From assembly GCA_965213925.1 (NCBI GenBank), contig OZ243927.1, positions 3,584,001 to 3,648,000 of the forward strand: 64,000 nucleotides of DNA. Reading direction: 5' to 3'. Every line of letters starts with the position of its first letter. The stretch's first letter is position 1. Below are positions 27,797 through 38,004 of this stretch, piece after piece. The position numbers and the translations under genes are program-made. Source of the stretch: Trueperaceae bacterium. GTDB taxonomy: Bacteria; Deinococcota; Deinococci; Deinococcales; Trueperaceae. Under the pieces are notes generated by a model. The model was not told the DNA's origin. It saw only the letters and a program-made list of their open reading frames with translations, and did no database searches.

Positions 27797-28972
27797 CTAT
27801 TCATCTGTATAAATCCAGCGAAGGTAAAAGACCGTGATGGTCAGCGAAAGGACGAAGAGTGCCACGGAGAGCGCGGCGGCGTAACCGATGTCCAAGCCGT
27901 TCGTCGTTTTGTAGATGTAGACGCCCAACGTCTCGAGAGCGCGCCCAGGTCCACCATTCGTCATCGCGAAGGGGATGTCGAAGGTCTGAATGGCGGTGAG
28001 GGTGCGGAAAATCAGCGCGACGGCGATCGAAGGACGCAGCAGCGGCAAGGTGATACGCCAGAAGCGCTGCCACGGGCTGGCACCGTCCACCACGGCGGCT
28101 TCGTAGAGGCTCTCGTCGATGGACTGCAAGCCCGCTAAGAGGATGAGCCCGACGAACGACGAGGTCTTCCAGATGATGGCTAAATTGGCGGCGATGATGG
28201 CAGGAATTTCTCTCGCTAGCCACAAGATACCGACTTGCCCCACCATACCTTCGGGCAGCGTGAGGCGAAAGAGGTCATTGAGACCTAAGCGCCCGAAGAG
28301 GTCATTGACCACGCCGTAGTCGCTCTGAAAAAGCCACGCGAAGGTGAGCCCGGTGAAGACGCGCGGCATCGCCCAGGGCAAAAGGAGCGCCACGCGCACG
28401 AGCCACTTCAAGGGGTGGTTGACGTTGGCTAGGAGCGCCAAAGGCAAGCCGACCAAGAACGAACCGCCGACGCTCACGATGATGATGAGGAGCGTGATCG
28501 AGAAGGAATTCCAGAACCTCGAGTCGTTCCAGCGCCCTTCCTCTCCCGGATGAATCCCCATGAGCGCACCCGCGATGAGCAGAATAGCCGCCGTCCAGCC
28601 GAGCGCCACACCGCGCCCGACTGACCCGCGTTGCACCCCTAACCAGAGCGGTACGAGGGCGGCGAAAAGCAGCCCGCGCCACACCCACAGGTGCGTCACG
28701 CTCCAGGTCATGTCGCGTCCCCAGAGCATCTCGCGGAAGTTCTCCGAGCCGATGAAGGGCGTGCCCCTAAAGGGTTGGTTGAGCCGCTCGAAGTGAAATG
28801 ACTGCCACAGCACGTTCAAAACCGGATAGAGCATCACGAGCGCCAATGTGAGGAGCGCGGGCAGCAGGAGTAAAAAGGCGAGTTGCGGCTCGCTCAGGTT
28901 GCCCGCACGGAGCCGCCGCCAGAAGCCTGGCTTTTGATAATTCGATCTTTGCGTCTTTGCAGAGGACGCCAT
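27797..28972 (-). CDS. Carbohydrate ABC transporter permease (MalF-like) with an extra hydrophobic insert
   Basis: LLLPWAMP, WKT, LYEAAVVDGAS.WQRFWRITLPLL, TNGGPG. Confidence 0.92.
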   Translation of the reverse strand: MASSAKTQRSNYQKPGFWRRLRAGNLSEPQLAFLLLLPALLTLALVMLYPVLNVLWQSFHFERLNQPFRGTPFIGSENFREMLWGRDMTWSVTHLWVWRGLLFAALVPLWLGVQRGSVGRGVALGWTAAILLIAGALMGIHPGEEGRWNDSRFWNSFSITLLIIIVSVGGSFLVGLPLALLANVNHPLKWLVRVALLLPWAMPRVFTGLTFAWLFQSDYGVVNDLFGRLGLNDLFRLTLPEGMVGQVGILWLAREIPAIIAANLAIIWKTSSFVGLILLAGLQSIDESLYEAAVVDGASPWQRFWRITLPLLRPSIAVALIFRTLTAIQTFDIPFAMTNGGPGRALETLGVYIYKTTNGLDIGYAAALSVALFVLSLTITVFYLRWIYTDE

Positions 28973-28992
28973 CACACCCCCTAAAACAGCGT

Positions 28993-29021
28993 GTGGGGAC
29001 GATTCGTGAATCGTCCCCGAC
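28993..29021. repeat. Degenerate GTAG-type REP
   Basis: GGGGACGATTC-GT-GAATCGTCCCC; its core resembles the 13906 palindrome. Confidence 0.65.
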
Positions 29022-29036
29022 ATAATGTTACGACTA

Positions 29037-30305
29037 TTACTGCAAGATGTCCTCTAAGCCGAACTGCATCTCCTCTAAAGCCCCTTGCACGTCCAGCGAA
29101 CCCGCTAGAAAGGCGTTCATATTCGTGCGGATCAGCTCCGACACGTCGTTGTAAAGCGGCGTCACCGGGCGCGGACGCGCGTTGACGATGACGTCGTAGA
29201 ACTGCTCGAAGTGCGGGTTCGCCTCCAAGACTTCGGGGTCTTCGTACAGGCTCTCCCTGGCCGGAATACGCGCCGCTTCGATCGCGTGCTGGCGCTGGAA
29301 CTCGGGCTGCGTGAAGAACTTGACCACTTCGAAGGCGGCTTCTTTGTTCTCGCTGTAGGGGTTGATCGCCCACTGCCAGCCGCCGACGCAGGTGGCTGAC
29401 TCCTGCCCCTCGAAAGCGGGGAGCGGCGCAATGCCGACGTTGCCCGCAACCTGCGAATCTTCGTCGCTTTGGAAGCGCGCCCAGGCGTAGCCCCAGTTGA
29501 GCATGAAGACGACGTCGCCCGCTTGGAACTCCTGGCGAGAGTTATCCGTGCCGGTTTCCGCGATATTTTCTTTCGTGATGCCGGAGTCCAACGTTTGCTG
29601 GTACCACCCGAGCGCCTGCTCGCCCTCAGGCGTATTGATGGTGATGTTGCCCTCGTCGTCTTGCCAGTCGCCGCCCGCCGTCCAGAGCGCTTCTAAAAAG
29701 GTACAGACCGTTCCTTCGATGGCGGCACCTTGATAGTTGAAGCCTTGAAGTGAGGAATCGCCCTCCCCTTCCAAGATGGTCTGCGCTTGCTGCAACAGCT
29801 CCTCCCAAGTCGCGGGCGGTCCGTCAAAACCGTACTTCTCCAAGAGGTCGGTGCGGTAGTACAAGAACTGCGCGTCGGTGTAGGCGGGGATGGCGTAAAG
29901 CGTGCCGTCTACGGTGTCGGCGTTCACCGGACCTTCTAAGAAGTCCGCTAGATATTCCGTCTGCGCCTCTTCGCTCTCAAAAAGGTCGCTCATCGGCTCC
30001 GCCCAGCCCGCCGCCGCGTAGGTCGCGGGGCGAATCACGTCAATCTGAAAAATGTCGATTTCGCCGCTCTCGCTCGTCAAGACGGTGTTGAGGTACTGCT
30101 GCTGCTGGTCGCTCGTCGCGCCGCCAAGCTCAAACGCGACGCTGATATCGGGATTTTGCTCCTCGAACCGGTTCGCGAACTCCTCGAACAGTTCGGTCGG
30201 CTCGCGCGGGTCTAAAAACATGGTCACTTCGGTCTGCGCCCAAGCGAGCGAACCCCAAGTCACGGAACCTAATAAAGCCAACGTTACCCATCTAAAACGC
30301 TTCAT
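29037..30305 (-). CDS. Sugar ABC transporter substrate-binding protein
   Basis: Signal peptide ending AWA|Q; YAIP.YTD..LYYRTDLL, PPATWEEL, NWGYA, GGW, RPRP.TP.Y. Confidence 0.9.
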   Translation of the reverse strand: MKRFRWVTLALLGSVTWGSLAWAQTEVTMFLDPREPTELFEEFANRFEEQNPDISVAFELGGATSDQQQQYLNTVLTSESGEIDIFQIDVIRPATYAAAGWAEPMSDLFESEEAQTEYLADFLEGPVNADTVDGTLYAIPAYTDAQFLYYRTDLLEKYGFDGPPATWEELLQQAQTILEGEGDSSLQGFNYQGAAIEGTVCTFLEALWTAGGDWQDDEGNITINTPEGEQALGWYQQTLDSGITKENIAETGTDNSRQEFQAGDVVFMLNWGYAWARFQSDEDSQVAGNVGIAPLPAFEGQESATCVGGWQWAINPYSENKEAAFEVVKFFTQPEFQRQHAIEAARIPARESLYEDPEVLEANPHFEQFYDVIVNARPRPVTPLYNDVSELIRTNMNAFLAGSLDVQGALEEMQFGLEDILQ

Positions 30306-30397
30306 CTTGCCTCCTTAGTTTTTCTTTATGTCTTACTCTACCTTATCAGAGCGCCCTAAGCCAAATCGTGTACCTTCACCATTCACCTACACGCCTC

Positions 30398-30526
30398 AGC
30401 AATGAGTTAAAAAGCCAGCAATGAGTTAAAAGCAATCCAGTCGAGCTGGTGTACGTAAGTCCTCACGCAGTGAACGAACGGTGAGCAATGAGTGAAAAGC
30501 TTTAGTCTCGTTGCTCGTTGCTCATT
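30398..30526. repeat. AGCAATGAG direct and inverted repeats in a divergent promoter region
   Basis: agcaatgagttaaaa twice, agcaatgagtgaaaa once, then ctcgttgctcgttgctcatt. Confidence 0.55.
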
Positions 30527-30601
30527 CGTAAAGATTCACCAAACGTTTAAGATGTGAGCGCATCTGAAAAACCTCTGATAAAGAGGGTCTAGGCTGAGGC
30601 T

Positions 30602-30805
30602 ATGGAGCTAGTTTTCGGCATGTTGCTCGGTATATTGCTGGGTGGCGCTAGTTACGTGCTGCTCTGCAAGTGGCTAGCGTACAGGGTCAAAAAGGAGATA
30701 TATGGAGACACGGGCAAGGTGAGCTTGCGTAAACTCACGGAGAGCAAACGCAAGCTCGGTGGGGCGGGGCGGGCTCGAGCCCTAACCCCCAAGAAGCAGT
30801 CTTAG
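30602..30805 (+). CDS. Small single-TM hypothetical protein
   Basis: Hydrophobic N-terminus, basic tail; TAGGCT 6 nt before the ATG. Confidence 0.6.
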   Translation: MELVFGMLLGILLGGASYVLLCKWLAYRVKKEIYGDTGKVSLRKLTESKRKLGGAGRARALTPKKQS

Positions 30806-30815
30806 CTCTACGCTT

Positions 30816-32303
30816 CTAAAACTGCCGTGACCATTCGGCGGGCCACCTCTCCACCACGATCTTCGTCTGCGTATAGAACTCCACCCCGTGCCGCCCTTGC
30901 GCGTGCAAATCGCCAAAGAACGAGTCCCCCCAGCCTGAGAACGGAAAGAACGCCATCGGCGCAGCCACGCCTAGATTGATACCGACGTTGCCCGCGTCCA
31001 CCGCGTAGCGAAACTTGCGCGCCGCTGAGCCCGAAGAGGTGAAGAGACACGCCTGGTTGCCAAACGCGCGGCTATTCACGATGCGGATGGCGTCGTCCAC
31101 CGTGTCGGCGTGCATCATGGATAAAACGGGACCGAAGATTTCAGTATGAGCAAACTCGCTCTGCGGAGCCACGCTATCTAGGACGGTGGGCGCGAGGAAG
31201 TAGCCGTCGGCGAAGTCATCGCCCAGATTTAGATTGCGTCCATCCCGTAAAAGGTTCGCCCCCTCCTGCACACCTTGATCAATCAGCCCCTCGATACGCG
31301 CCTTGCTCTCACGGCTGATGACCGGACCCATCTGCACATCGTCCTCGAGTCCGTACCCAACCTTACGGCTTTCGGCGTCCGCCAAGATACGCTCGGTGAA
31401 CTCGCGTTTGGCGTCGCCTACGGTAATCGCCACCGAGGTCGCCAAGCAGCGCTGACCCGCGCAGCCGAAGGCGGAGTCCGCCAAGATGCGCGTGGACATC
31501 TCCATATCGGCGTCGGGGAGGATGACCGCGGGGTTTTTCGCGCCGCCCTGACACTGCGCCCGTTTGCCGTTCGCCGTGGCGCGGCTGTAGATATAGCGGG
31601 CGACGGGCGTCGAACCCACGAACGAGATAGCTTTCACCTCGGGGTGGTCCAAGAGCGCGTCCACGGTCTCCTTGCCGCCGTTGATAAGGGTGACGACGCC
31701 TTCGGGAAAGCCCGCCTCATCTAAAAGGCGGAAGAGGTATTGGCTGGTCAGGGGCACCTTTTCGGACGGCTTCAGCACGAAACAGTTTCCTGTTGCTACT
31801 GCGTAAGGCAAAAACCACAAGGGGATCATGCCCGGAAAGTTAAAAGGCGTAACCGCCGCCACCACGCCCAGAGGTTGGCGGAACATATGTTCATCAATCC
31901 CTCTGGCGATGTCCTCGTTGTTGTAGCCCTGCATGAGTAGGGGCATTCCGCAGGCAACTTCGATGTTCTCGAGTCCCCGTTTAAGTTCAGCCTTCGACTC
32001 GGTAAAGGTCTTGCCGCACTCCCGCGTCATGGTTTTGGCAAGCTCGCCTAAGTGTTCTTCGAGTAACCTCTTGAGCTTGAAGAGCGGCTGGATGCGGTCG
32101 GTCACGGGCGTCATGCGCCACTCGGGGTAGGCTTTTAGTGCCACTTCGACAGCCTCCGCGACCTCTTCTTTGGCGGAGAGTGGGACCTGGGCTAGAACTT
32201 GCGCAGTCGCCGGGTTGTGGACGTCATCGTAACTGTTCGTCTGCGAGCGGTGCCACTCTCCGCCGATATAGTTGAGCAGTTCAGTTTGTGTTGTCGTTGC
32301 CAT
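30816..32303 (-). CDS. mmsA: CoA-acylating methylmalonate-semialdehyde dehydrogenase
   Basis: TPFNFP.MIPLW, LKPSEK, SFVGST, GGAKN, GCAGQRC, EIFGPV, FFGDLH. Confidence 0.92.
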   Translation of the reverse strand: MATTTQTELLNYIGGEWHRSQTNSYDDVHNPATAQVLAQVPLSAKEEVAEAVEVALKAYPEWRMTPVTDRIQPLFKLKRLLEEHLGELAKTMTRECGKTFTESKAELKRGLENIEVACGMPLLMQGYNNEDIARGIDEHMFRQPLGVVAAVTPFNFPGMIPLWFLPYAVATGNCFVLKPSEKVPLTSQYLFRLLDEAGFPEGVVTLINGGKETVDALLDHPEVKAISFVGSTPVARYIYSRATANGKRAQCQGGAKNPAVILPDADMEMSTRILADSAFGCAGQRCLATSVAITVGDAKREFTERILADAESRKVGYGLEDDVQMGPVISRESKARIEGLIDQGVQEGANLLRDGRNLNLGDDFADGYFLAPTVLDSVAPQSEFAHTEIFGPVLSMMHADTVDDAIRIVNSRAFGNQACLFTSSGSAARKFRYAVDAGNVGINLGVAAPMAFFPFSGWGDSFFGDLHAQGRHGVEFYTQTKIVVERWPAEWSRQF

Positions 32304-32622
32304 TAAACGCTCCTAACTCCGCGATTGTGTTCTCGGTATTCTGTTGTGCGCGCTCGAGCCCCACTTTTTGACCCGCTTGAGCACTCGCTTGAACGATAAG
32401 TATAAATGCTGGGTGTAAGACTAAGACGCAACCTCTCAGTTGTGGGCAATATTGCTTTAATCTACCTTATCAAAGAAGAATTTGCACGTCCCGATTTTCT
32501 GAATTGGAGTCAACAGCGTACGTGGATAGCTTTTATCTTTCTTGATTTAACAACGGAATACCCTGCCAGCTCAACGCTACTTACGTGCGCCACCAACTTA
32601 AGCGCCAAACGAAAACACAAAG

Positions 32623-32650
32623 AACAGGGAGGCATATTCGCCTCCCTGTT
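32623..32650 (-). terminator. Intrinsic terminator after citrate synthase
   Basis: AACAGGGAGGC-N6-GCCTCCCTGTT with T-rich tails on both strands. Confidence 0.75.
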
Positions 32651-32668
32651 TCTTTTGGGGCCCCTGCT

Positions 32669-33811
32669 TTAGCGCTCGCCCAGCGGCGTGAACGTCTTGC
32701 CGGTCGGACCTTCATACACGAGGCGCGGGCGCATGATGCGGTTGCCGTCGTACTGCTCCAAGAGGTGCGCCATCCAACCGCTAATTCTCGCCACGGCGAA
32801 AATGGGCGTGTACATGTCGGACGGAAAGCCGAGCATCCGGTAGACGGAGGCGGAGAAGAAGTCCACGTTAGGCTTGACCTGCTTATCCTTCTTGTCCATC
32901 TCGCGCGCCATGACGCGCTTCATCTCCTGGCTCATCTCGAACCACTTAGAATCGCCGGACTCTTCGGCTAAATCCTGCGAGACGCGCTCTAAGATGACCG
33001 CTCGCGGGTCGATGACGCGGTAAACGCGGTGCCCGAAGCCCGGCACGCGCCCGCTCTCTTCGCTGAGTTTATCCATCACGAACGCCTCGACGCCCTCGAT
33101 ATCGCCGATCTTCTCCAGGGCGTTCATCACGGCGGTGTTCGCGCCGCCGTGTAGCGGTCCCTTGAGACTGCCCACCGCCGCTGAAATCGCGCTGTAAACG
33201 TCAGTCAGGGTCGAGGCGGTGGTGCGGGCGGTGAAGGTGCTCGCGTTCGAGCCGTGCTCGGCGTGGAGTACAAGCGCCACGTCCATCACGCGCACGGCGG
33301 CTTCCGTAGGCTCCTCGCCGTTAAGCATGTAGAGGAAGTTCTTGGCGATACCGTACTCGGGATTCGGCGCGACGGGGTCTTTGCCCTGGCGCAGCCGCTC
33401 TAAAGTTGCGACGAGCGTCGGGAACTGCGTGACGAGCTTGAGCCCGATGTTGCGCACGTTCTCTAAACTCACGTCCTCCGACTCGTCGTCGAACGACGCG
33501 AGGGTCGAAACGGCGCTCTGCAGCGCGTGCATGGGCTGGGTCTCTTTGGGCAACAGGCGGAAGAGCTGGATGATCTCGTCGGGCACAGCGAAGTGGGGCT
33601 TGAGTTCTTTCTGGAACGCCTCGAGCTGTGACTTAGTCGGCAAGTCGTCATTCCACAGCAAGTAGATGACCTCTTCAAAGCTCGCCTTGTCCGCCAGCTC
33701 GCTAATGTCGTAGCCCCTATAGATGAGCTTTCCTTGCATGCCGTCGATCTGACAAATCTTCGTCGTATCGATATGTACGTCTTCTAAACCGCGATAAATC
33801 GTCTTTTCCAT
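32669..33811 (-). CDS. Citrate synthase (type I; methylcitrate synthase not excluded)
   Basis: G.LIYRGY, LHAEH..NASTF, GPLHGGAN, GFGHRVY, PNVDF. Confidence 0.93.
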   Translation of the reverse strand: MEKTIYRGLEDVHIDTTKICQIDGMQGKLIYRGYDISELADKASFEEVIYLLWNDDLPTKSQLEAFQKELKPHFAVPDEIIQLFRLLPKETQPMHALQSAVSTLASFDDESEDVSLENVRNIGLKLVTQFPTLVATLERLRQGKDPVAPNPEYGIAKNFLYMLNGEEPTEAAVRVMDVALVLHAEHGSNASTFTARTTASTLTDVYSAISAAVGSLKGPLHGGANTAVMNALEKIGDIEGVEAFVMDKLSEESGRVPGFGHRVYRVIDPRAVILERVSQDLAEESGDSKWFEMSQEMKRVMAREMDKKDKQVKPNVDFFSASVYRMLGFPSDMYTPIFAVARISGWMAHLLEQYDGNRIMRPRLVYEGPTGKTFTPLGER

Positions 33812-34078
33812 GATCCTCCGGGGGTGTGGTTTCGCGCTTTGCGGCTCACCTTTTTGGCTTACCTCTTGCCAAGTATTCTACTCTTGGGCATTTCAATCTC
33901 GGGTACTTCACTGCTGGGTACTTCACTGCCAGACGCTTAGGTGGCTCAGGTTGTTAGTCTCGGCAAGTCCGCGCAGCATTTCGTCCAAATAGTACAGGAC
34001 AGTCTACCCAATAGAGTGCGCTTTGTCTGTCATGAACGGCGAGAGAAGTACAAGCGGCTAGCCTCGTAGCGAGATGGG

Positions 34079-34984
34079 CTAAGAAGCTTCGTCGGCGGGC
34101 CGCTCGCCTCTTAGCACGCGCAAGATCGTCTCGCCGTACTGCTCGAGCTTCACCGGTCCAATCCCCTTAACTTTGCTGAGTTCGTCCAAGGTCTGCGGGT
34201 TTCGCTGCGCGATCTGCGTCAAGCTCTCGTTGCGCAAGATGATGTAGGCGGGGCGACTTTCCGAGCGGGACGTCTCCCTGCGCCACGTCTCCAAAAGGTG
34301 ATAGCGCTCCCTCTCGTCGGCGTTCAGTCCCGGCTCGTCCAGTGCGGGCGCGTTGCCTTCGGCGGGGCGTTCGGTCTTTTGTGCGGCGGCTTCCTTGGGG
34401 CTAGAGGCGGCGCTCGCGGCGCTTTGAGGTGGCGCTTTGGCAGTGCTCACGCTCCCTTGTCCCTCGCCCACTTCCGCCTGACCGGTCGCCCCTGCGGACG
34501 TATCCTGCCCCGATACATCCCGCGCTGACACGTCCTGCCCCGGCTGCTCCGAGGGCGTCGGCGCGCCGCTCACTTCGTCCTTTTCGCGCAGAAGCAGGTA
34601 AGCGCCGCCCGCGATGAAGATGAGCGCCGTCCAGAAGGAATCGAAGATGTTGCCCACGCCGTAGAGGAGCCCGACGCCCGCGAGGACGCCCGCGAGGTAG
34701 AGCGGCCAGCGGTTCGGGCGCGGCTCCACGCGGTCGACGGCTAAAAGGCCCGCTCCCAAGCTGATGAGGACGCCGCTCGGCGTGCCGATGAGCGTACCGA
34801 CGCTGAGACCCGCGCAGATGCTGCCCGCGACCAAAAACCCGTAGTTCTTGCGCGTCACGTAGCCCGCCAAAAGCGCCGCCGCGACCAGCGCGATCCAGAG
34901 CCAGTCGGCGCTACCTAGCCTCGAGAGCAGCGCCACAACCCCCACAGCGATAAGAACATAAGCGATCAGACGCTCGTTTTTCAT
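34079..34984 (-). CDS. Multi-TM protein with a C-terminal HRDC domain
   Basis: About 6 hydrophobic segments, low-complexity linker, then L..WRR..S...RPAYII..N..L..IA...P....EL..VKGIGP.K..QYG..IL; GGAGG RBS. Confidence 0.8.
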   Translation of the reverse strand: MKNERLIAYVLIAVGVVALLSRLGSADWLWIALVAAALLAGYVTRKNYGFLVAGSICAGLSVGTLIGTPSGVLISLGAGLLAVDRVEPRPNRWPLYLAGVLAGVGLLYGVGNIFDSFWTALIFIAGGAYLLLREKDEVSGAPTPSEQPGQDVSARDVSGQDTSAGATGQAEVGEGQGSVSTAKAPPQSAASAASSPKEAAAQKTERPAEGNAPALDEPGLNADERERYHLLETWRRETSRSESRPAYIILRNESLTQIAQRNPQTLDELSKVKGIGPVKLEQYGETILRVLRGERPADEAS

Positions 34985-35551
34985 GCGCCTCCTCCTTAGC
35001 ATGACCGTCATCCGGTCTCAGAACAGAAGTCGCAAGCGCCCTCTTGCGAGAAAGTAGAGGCAGCGCTCGACCTTAAAAAGATAGGGCTCGCATCAACTCG
35101 CTTTAGCGCGTTCTATAGCTGAGCCTCAACTTGAACGTCCAATATAGCGCACATTTCTTTGCAGGTATACGAGGGTGACACAGCGGCTCGCCCGGAGTTT
35201 TCTTACCTCGCGACGCTCGGGGGCTCGACCTCTCGGGCGAGCCTCCGCAACCTCATACTCTCCTACCCTTAATAGTTGAGCCAGCCTTAATGTGTACTCG
35301 AGTGTATGACGTGTAAACTTCGCCGCGAGCGCGCAAGTGCTACCATAGTGAGGTTAGTGACATAGAACGCACCGGACATGCACGAGATATACCGAATATG
35401 TAGCGCGAAGGTTGAGGGCTCGAGGAGAAACGAATATGGTGTCACCTTTAGTAAACTATCTAGCACCCTACCTGCCGAGCGAAGCAGCTTACTCGGTGAT
35501 TGGTCTAGCTAAGCCGAGTAACGAGCTAAATAGTTTATGGTCCACCTTCGC

Positions 35552-35574
35552 CCCAGCCAACGCTGGGCTTTTTT
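35552..35574 (+). terminator. Intrinsic terminator ~90 nt upstream of the E1-alpha start
   Basis: CCCAGC-caac-GCTGGG followed by CTTTTTT. Confidence 0.7.
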
Positions 35575-35659
35575 GTGCTTTTACCTGCGCACCTGCGATT
35601 CGCGCACAAAGAAGCTTTTCAGCTAGGCGGGTCCAGCTTAGCCGGACTCAATAAAGTAA

Positions 35660-36762
<1,103 letters not shown>

Positions 36763-36763
<1 letters not shown>

Positions 36764-36811
36764 TCAGCCAGTCAGCTAGTCAGAAAAGCCTAAAAACCTG
36801 ACATGCTGACT
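36763..36811. repeat. Inverted octamer tandem repeat
   Basis: gtcagcca-gtcagcta-gtcagaaa ... ctgacatg-ctgact. Confidence 0.6.
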
Positions 36812-36943
36812 TAGGTGAAGGCACAGGTTATCGCTGAAAGCGATTTACTTCGCCTCTGGCGAAAACTGCGTAACTGCGATGATGACCTACAAGAGCCTTT
36901 GAGCTTTGCTCTAGCCTACGCTGACATGCTTTCCGGAGGAAAC

Positions 36944-37921
36944 GTGGCAACACTCAACATGGTGCAGACCATCGCCCGCACGCTAGACGAAGAGATGGCG
37001 CGTGACGAGCGCGTGGTGGTGATGGGCGAGGACGTCGGCAAACGCGGTGGCGTCTTCCTGGCGACGGAGAAGTTATTCGACAAGTACGGTCCTGACCGCG
37101 TGCTCGACTCGCCCTTGTCCGAAGCGGCGATCATCGGCGCGGCTGTCGGGATGGCGGCGCACGGGCTCAGACCCGTCGCAGAAATTCAGTTCGCCGACTA
37201 CGTCTATCCCGGCTTCGACCAACTCGTCTCGCAAGCGGCGAAGCTCCGCTACCGCTCCGGCGGGCAGTTTCACGCGCCCTTAGTCGTGCGAATGCCTGCG
37301 GGTGGCGGCGTTAAGGGCGGACACCACCACTCGCAAAACCCCGAGACGCATTTCGTCCATACGCCGGGGCTCAAAGTCGTCTACCCTTCGACGCCGACCG
37401 ACGCTAAAGGGCTCCTTAAAACGGCGGTGCGTGACGAAGACCCGGTCATATTCATGGAGCCTAAGCGCTTATACCGCGCAGTCAAAGAGGATGTGCCGGA
37501 CGACGCAGACTTTCTTATCCCATTAGGAAAGGCGCGGGTGAGGCAAGAGGGCGACGACCTCGTTTTAGTTTCTTATGGCGGCAGCGTCGCCGAGACGATG
37601 AAAGCGGCGCAGGCGCTCGCTGAGCAGAGCATTTCCGCGCACGTCCTCGACTTGCGTTCGCTCATGCCCTGGGATAAAGATACAGTTTTAGAAGCCGTCG
37701 CCCGAAGAGGTCGCGCTGTCTTAGTCAGCGAAGCGCCCAAAACAGCGGGTTTCGCTGCTGAAATCGCCGCGACGATCTGCGAAGAGGTGCTAGATTCTCT
37801 CTTAGCGCCGCCTCTGCGCGTTACAGGTTTCGATACGCCTTACCCCTACGCCCAGGACAGAGAGTACCTGCCCGGCGTCAACCGGATTCTTAAAGCTGTG
37901 CAGAAGGTATTAGATTACTGA
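36944..37921 (+). CDS. 2-oxoacid dehydrogenase E1 beta
   Basis: GEDVG..GGVF, PLSE, EIQFADY, GGHHHSQ, EPKRLYR; GTG after GGAGGA. Confidence 0.93.
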   Translation: MATLNMVQTIARTLDEEMARDERVVVMGEDVGKRGGVFLATEKLFDKYGPDRVLDSPLSEAAIIGAAVGMAAHGLRPVAEIQFADYVYPGFDQLVSQAAKLRYRSGGQFHAPLVVRMPAGGGVKGGHHHSQNPETHFVHTPGLKVVYPSTPTDAKGLLKTAVRDEDPVIFMEPKRLYRAVKEDVPDDADFLIPLGKARVRQEGDDLVLVSYGGSVAETMKAAQALAEQSISAHVLDLRSLMPWDKDTVLEAVARRGRAVLVSEAPKTAGFAAEIAATICEEVLDSLLAPPLRVTGFDTPYPYAQDREYLPGVNRILKAVQKVLDY

Positions 37922-37927
37922 AAGCGT

Positions 37928-37988
37928 GTCAGCATTTCAGCAACTCAGCATTTCAGGTTTTCCTGATTAGCTGATGGGCTGACCCGCT
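37928..37988. repeat. Inverted octamer tandem repeat
   Basis: tcagcatt-tcagcaac-tcagcatt-tcaggttt / ctgattag-ctgatggg-ctgacccg. Confidence 0.6.
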
Positions 37989-38004
37989 CTCCGAAGGAGA
38001 ACGA

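Noticed and set aside
30398..30526. CRISPR array (also considered for 33870-33930 and the octamer arrays)
   Set aside because: Repeats are too short and irregular, have no unique 25-45 bp spacers, and no cas genes are present
35412..35654. 80-aa ORF upstream of E1-alpha as a leader peptide
   Set aside because: It runs through the terminator, has no Leu/Ile/Val run and no recognisable family; cannot be fully excluded because GAGGAG precedes the ATG at 35436
36815..36943. N-terminal extension of E1-beta in the ORF track
   Set aside because: Homology and the GGAGGA RBS point to GTG 36944; the extension lies in the intercistronic spacer
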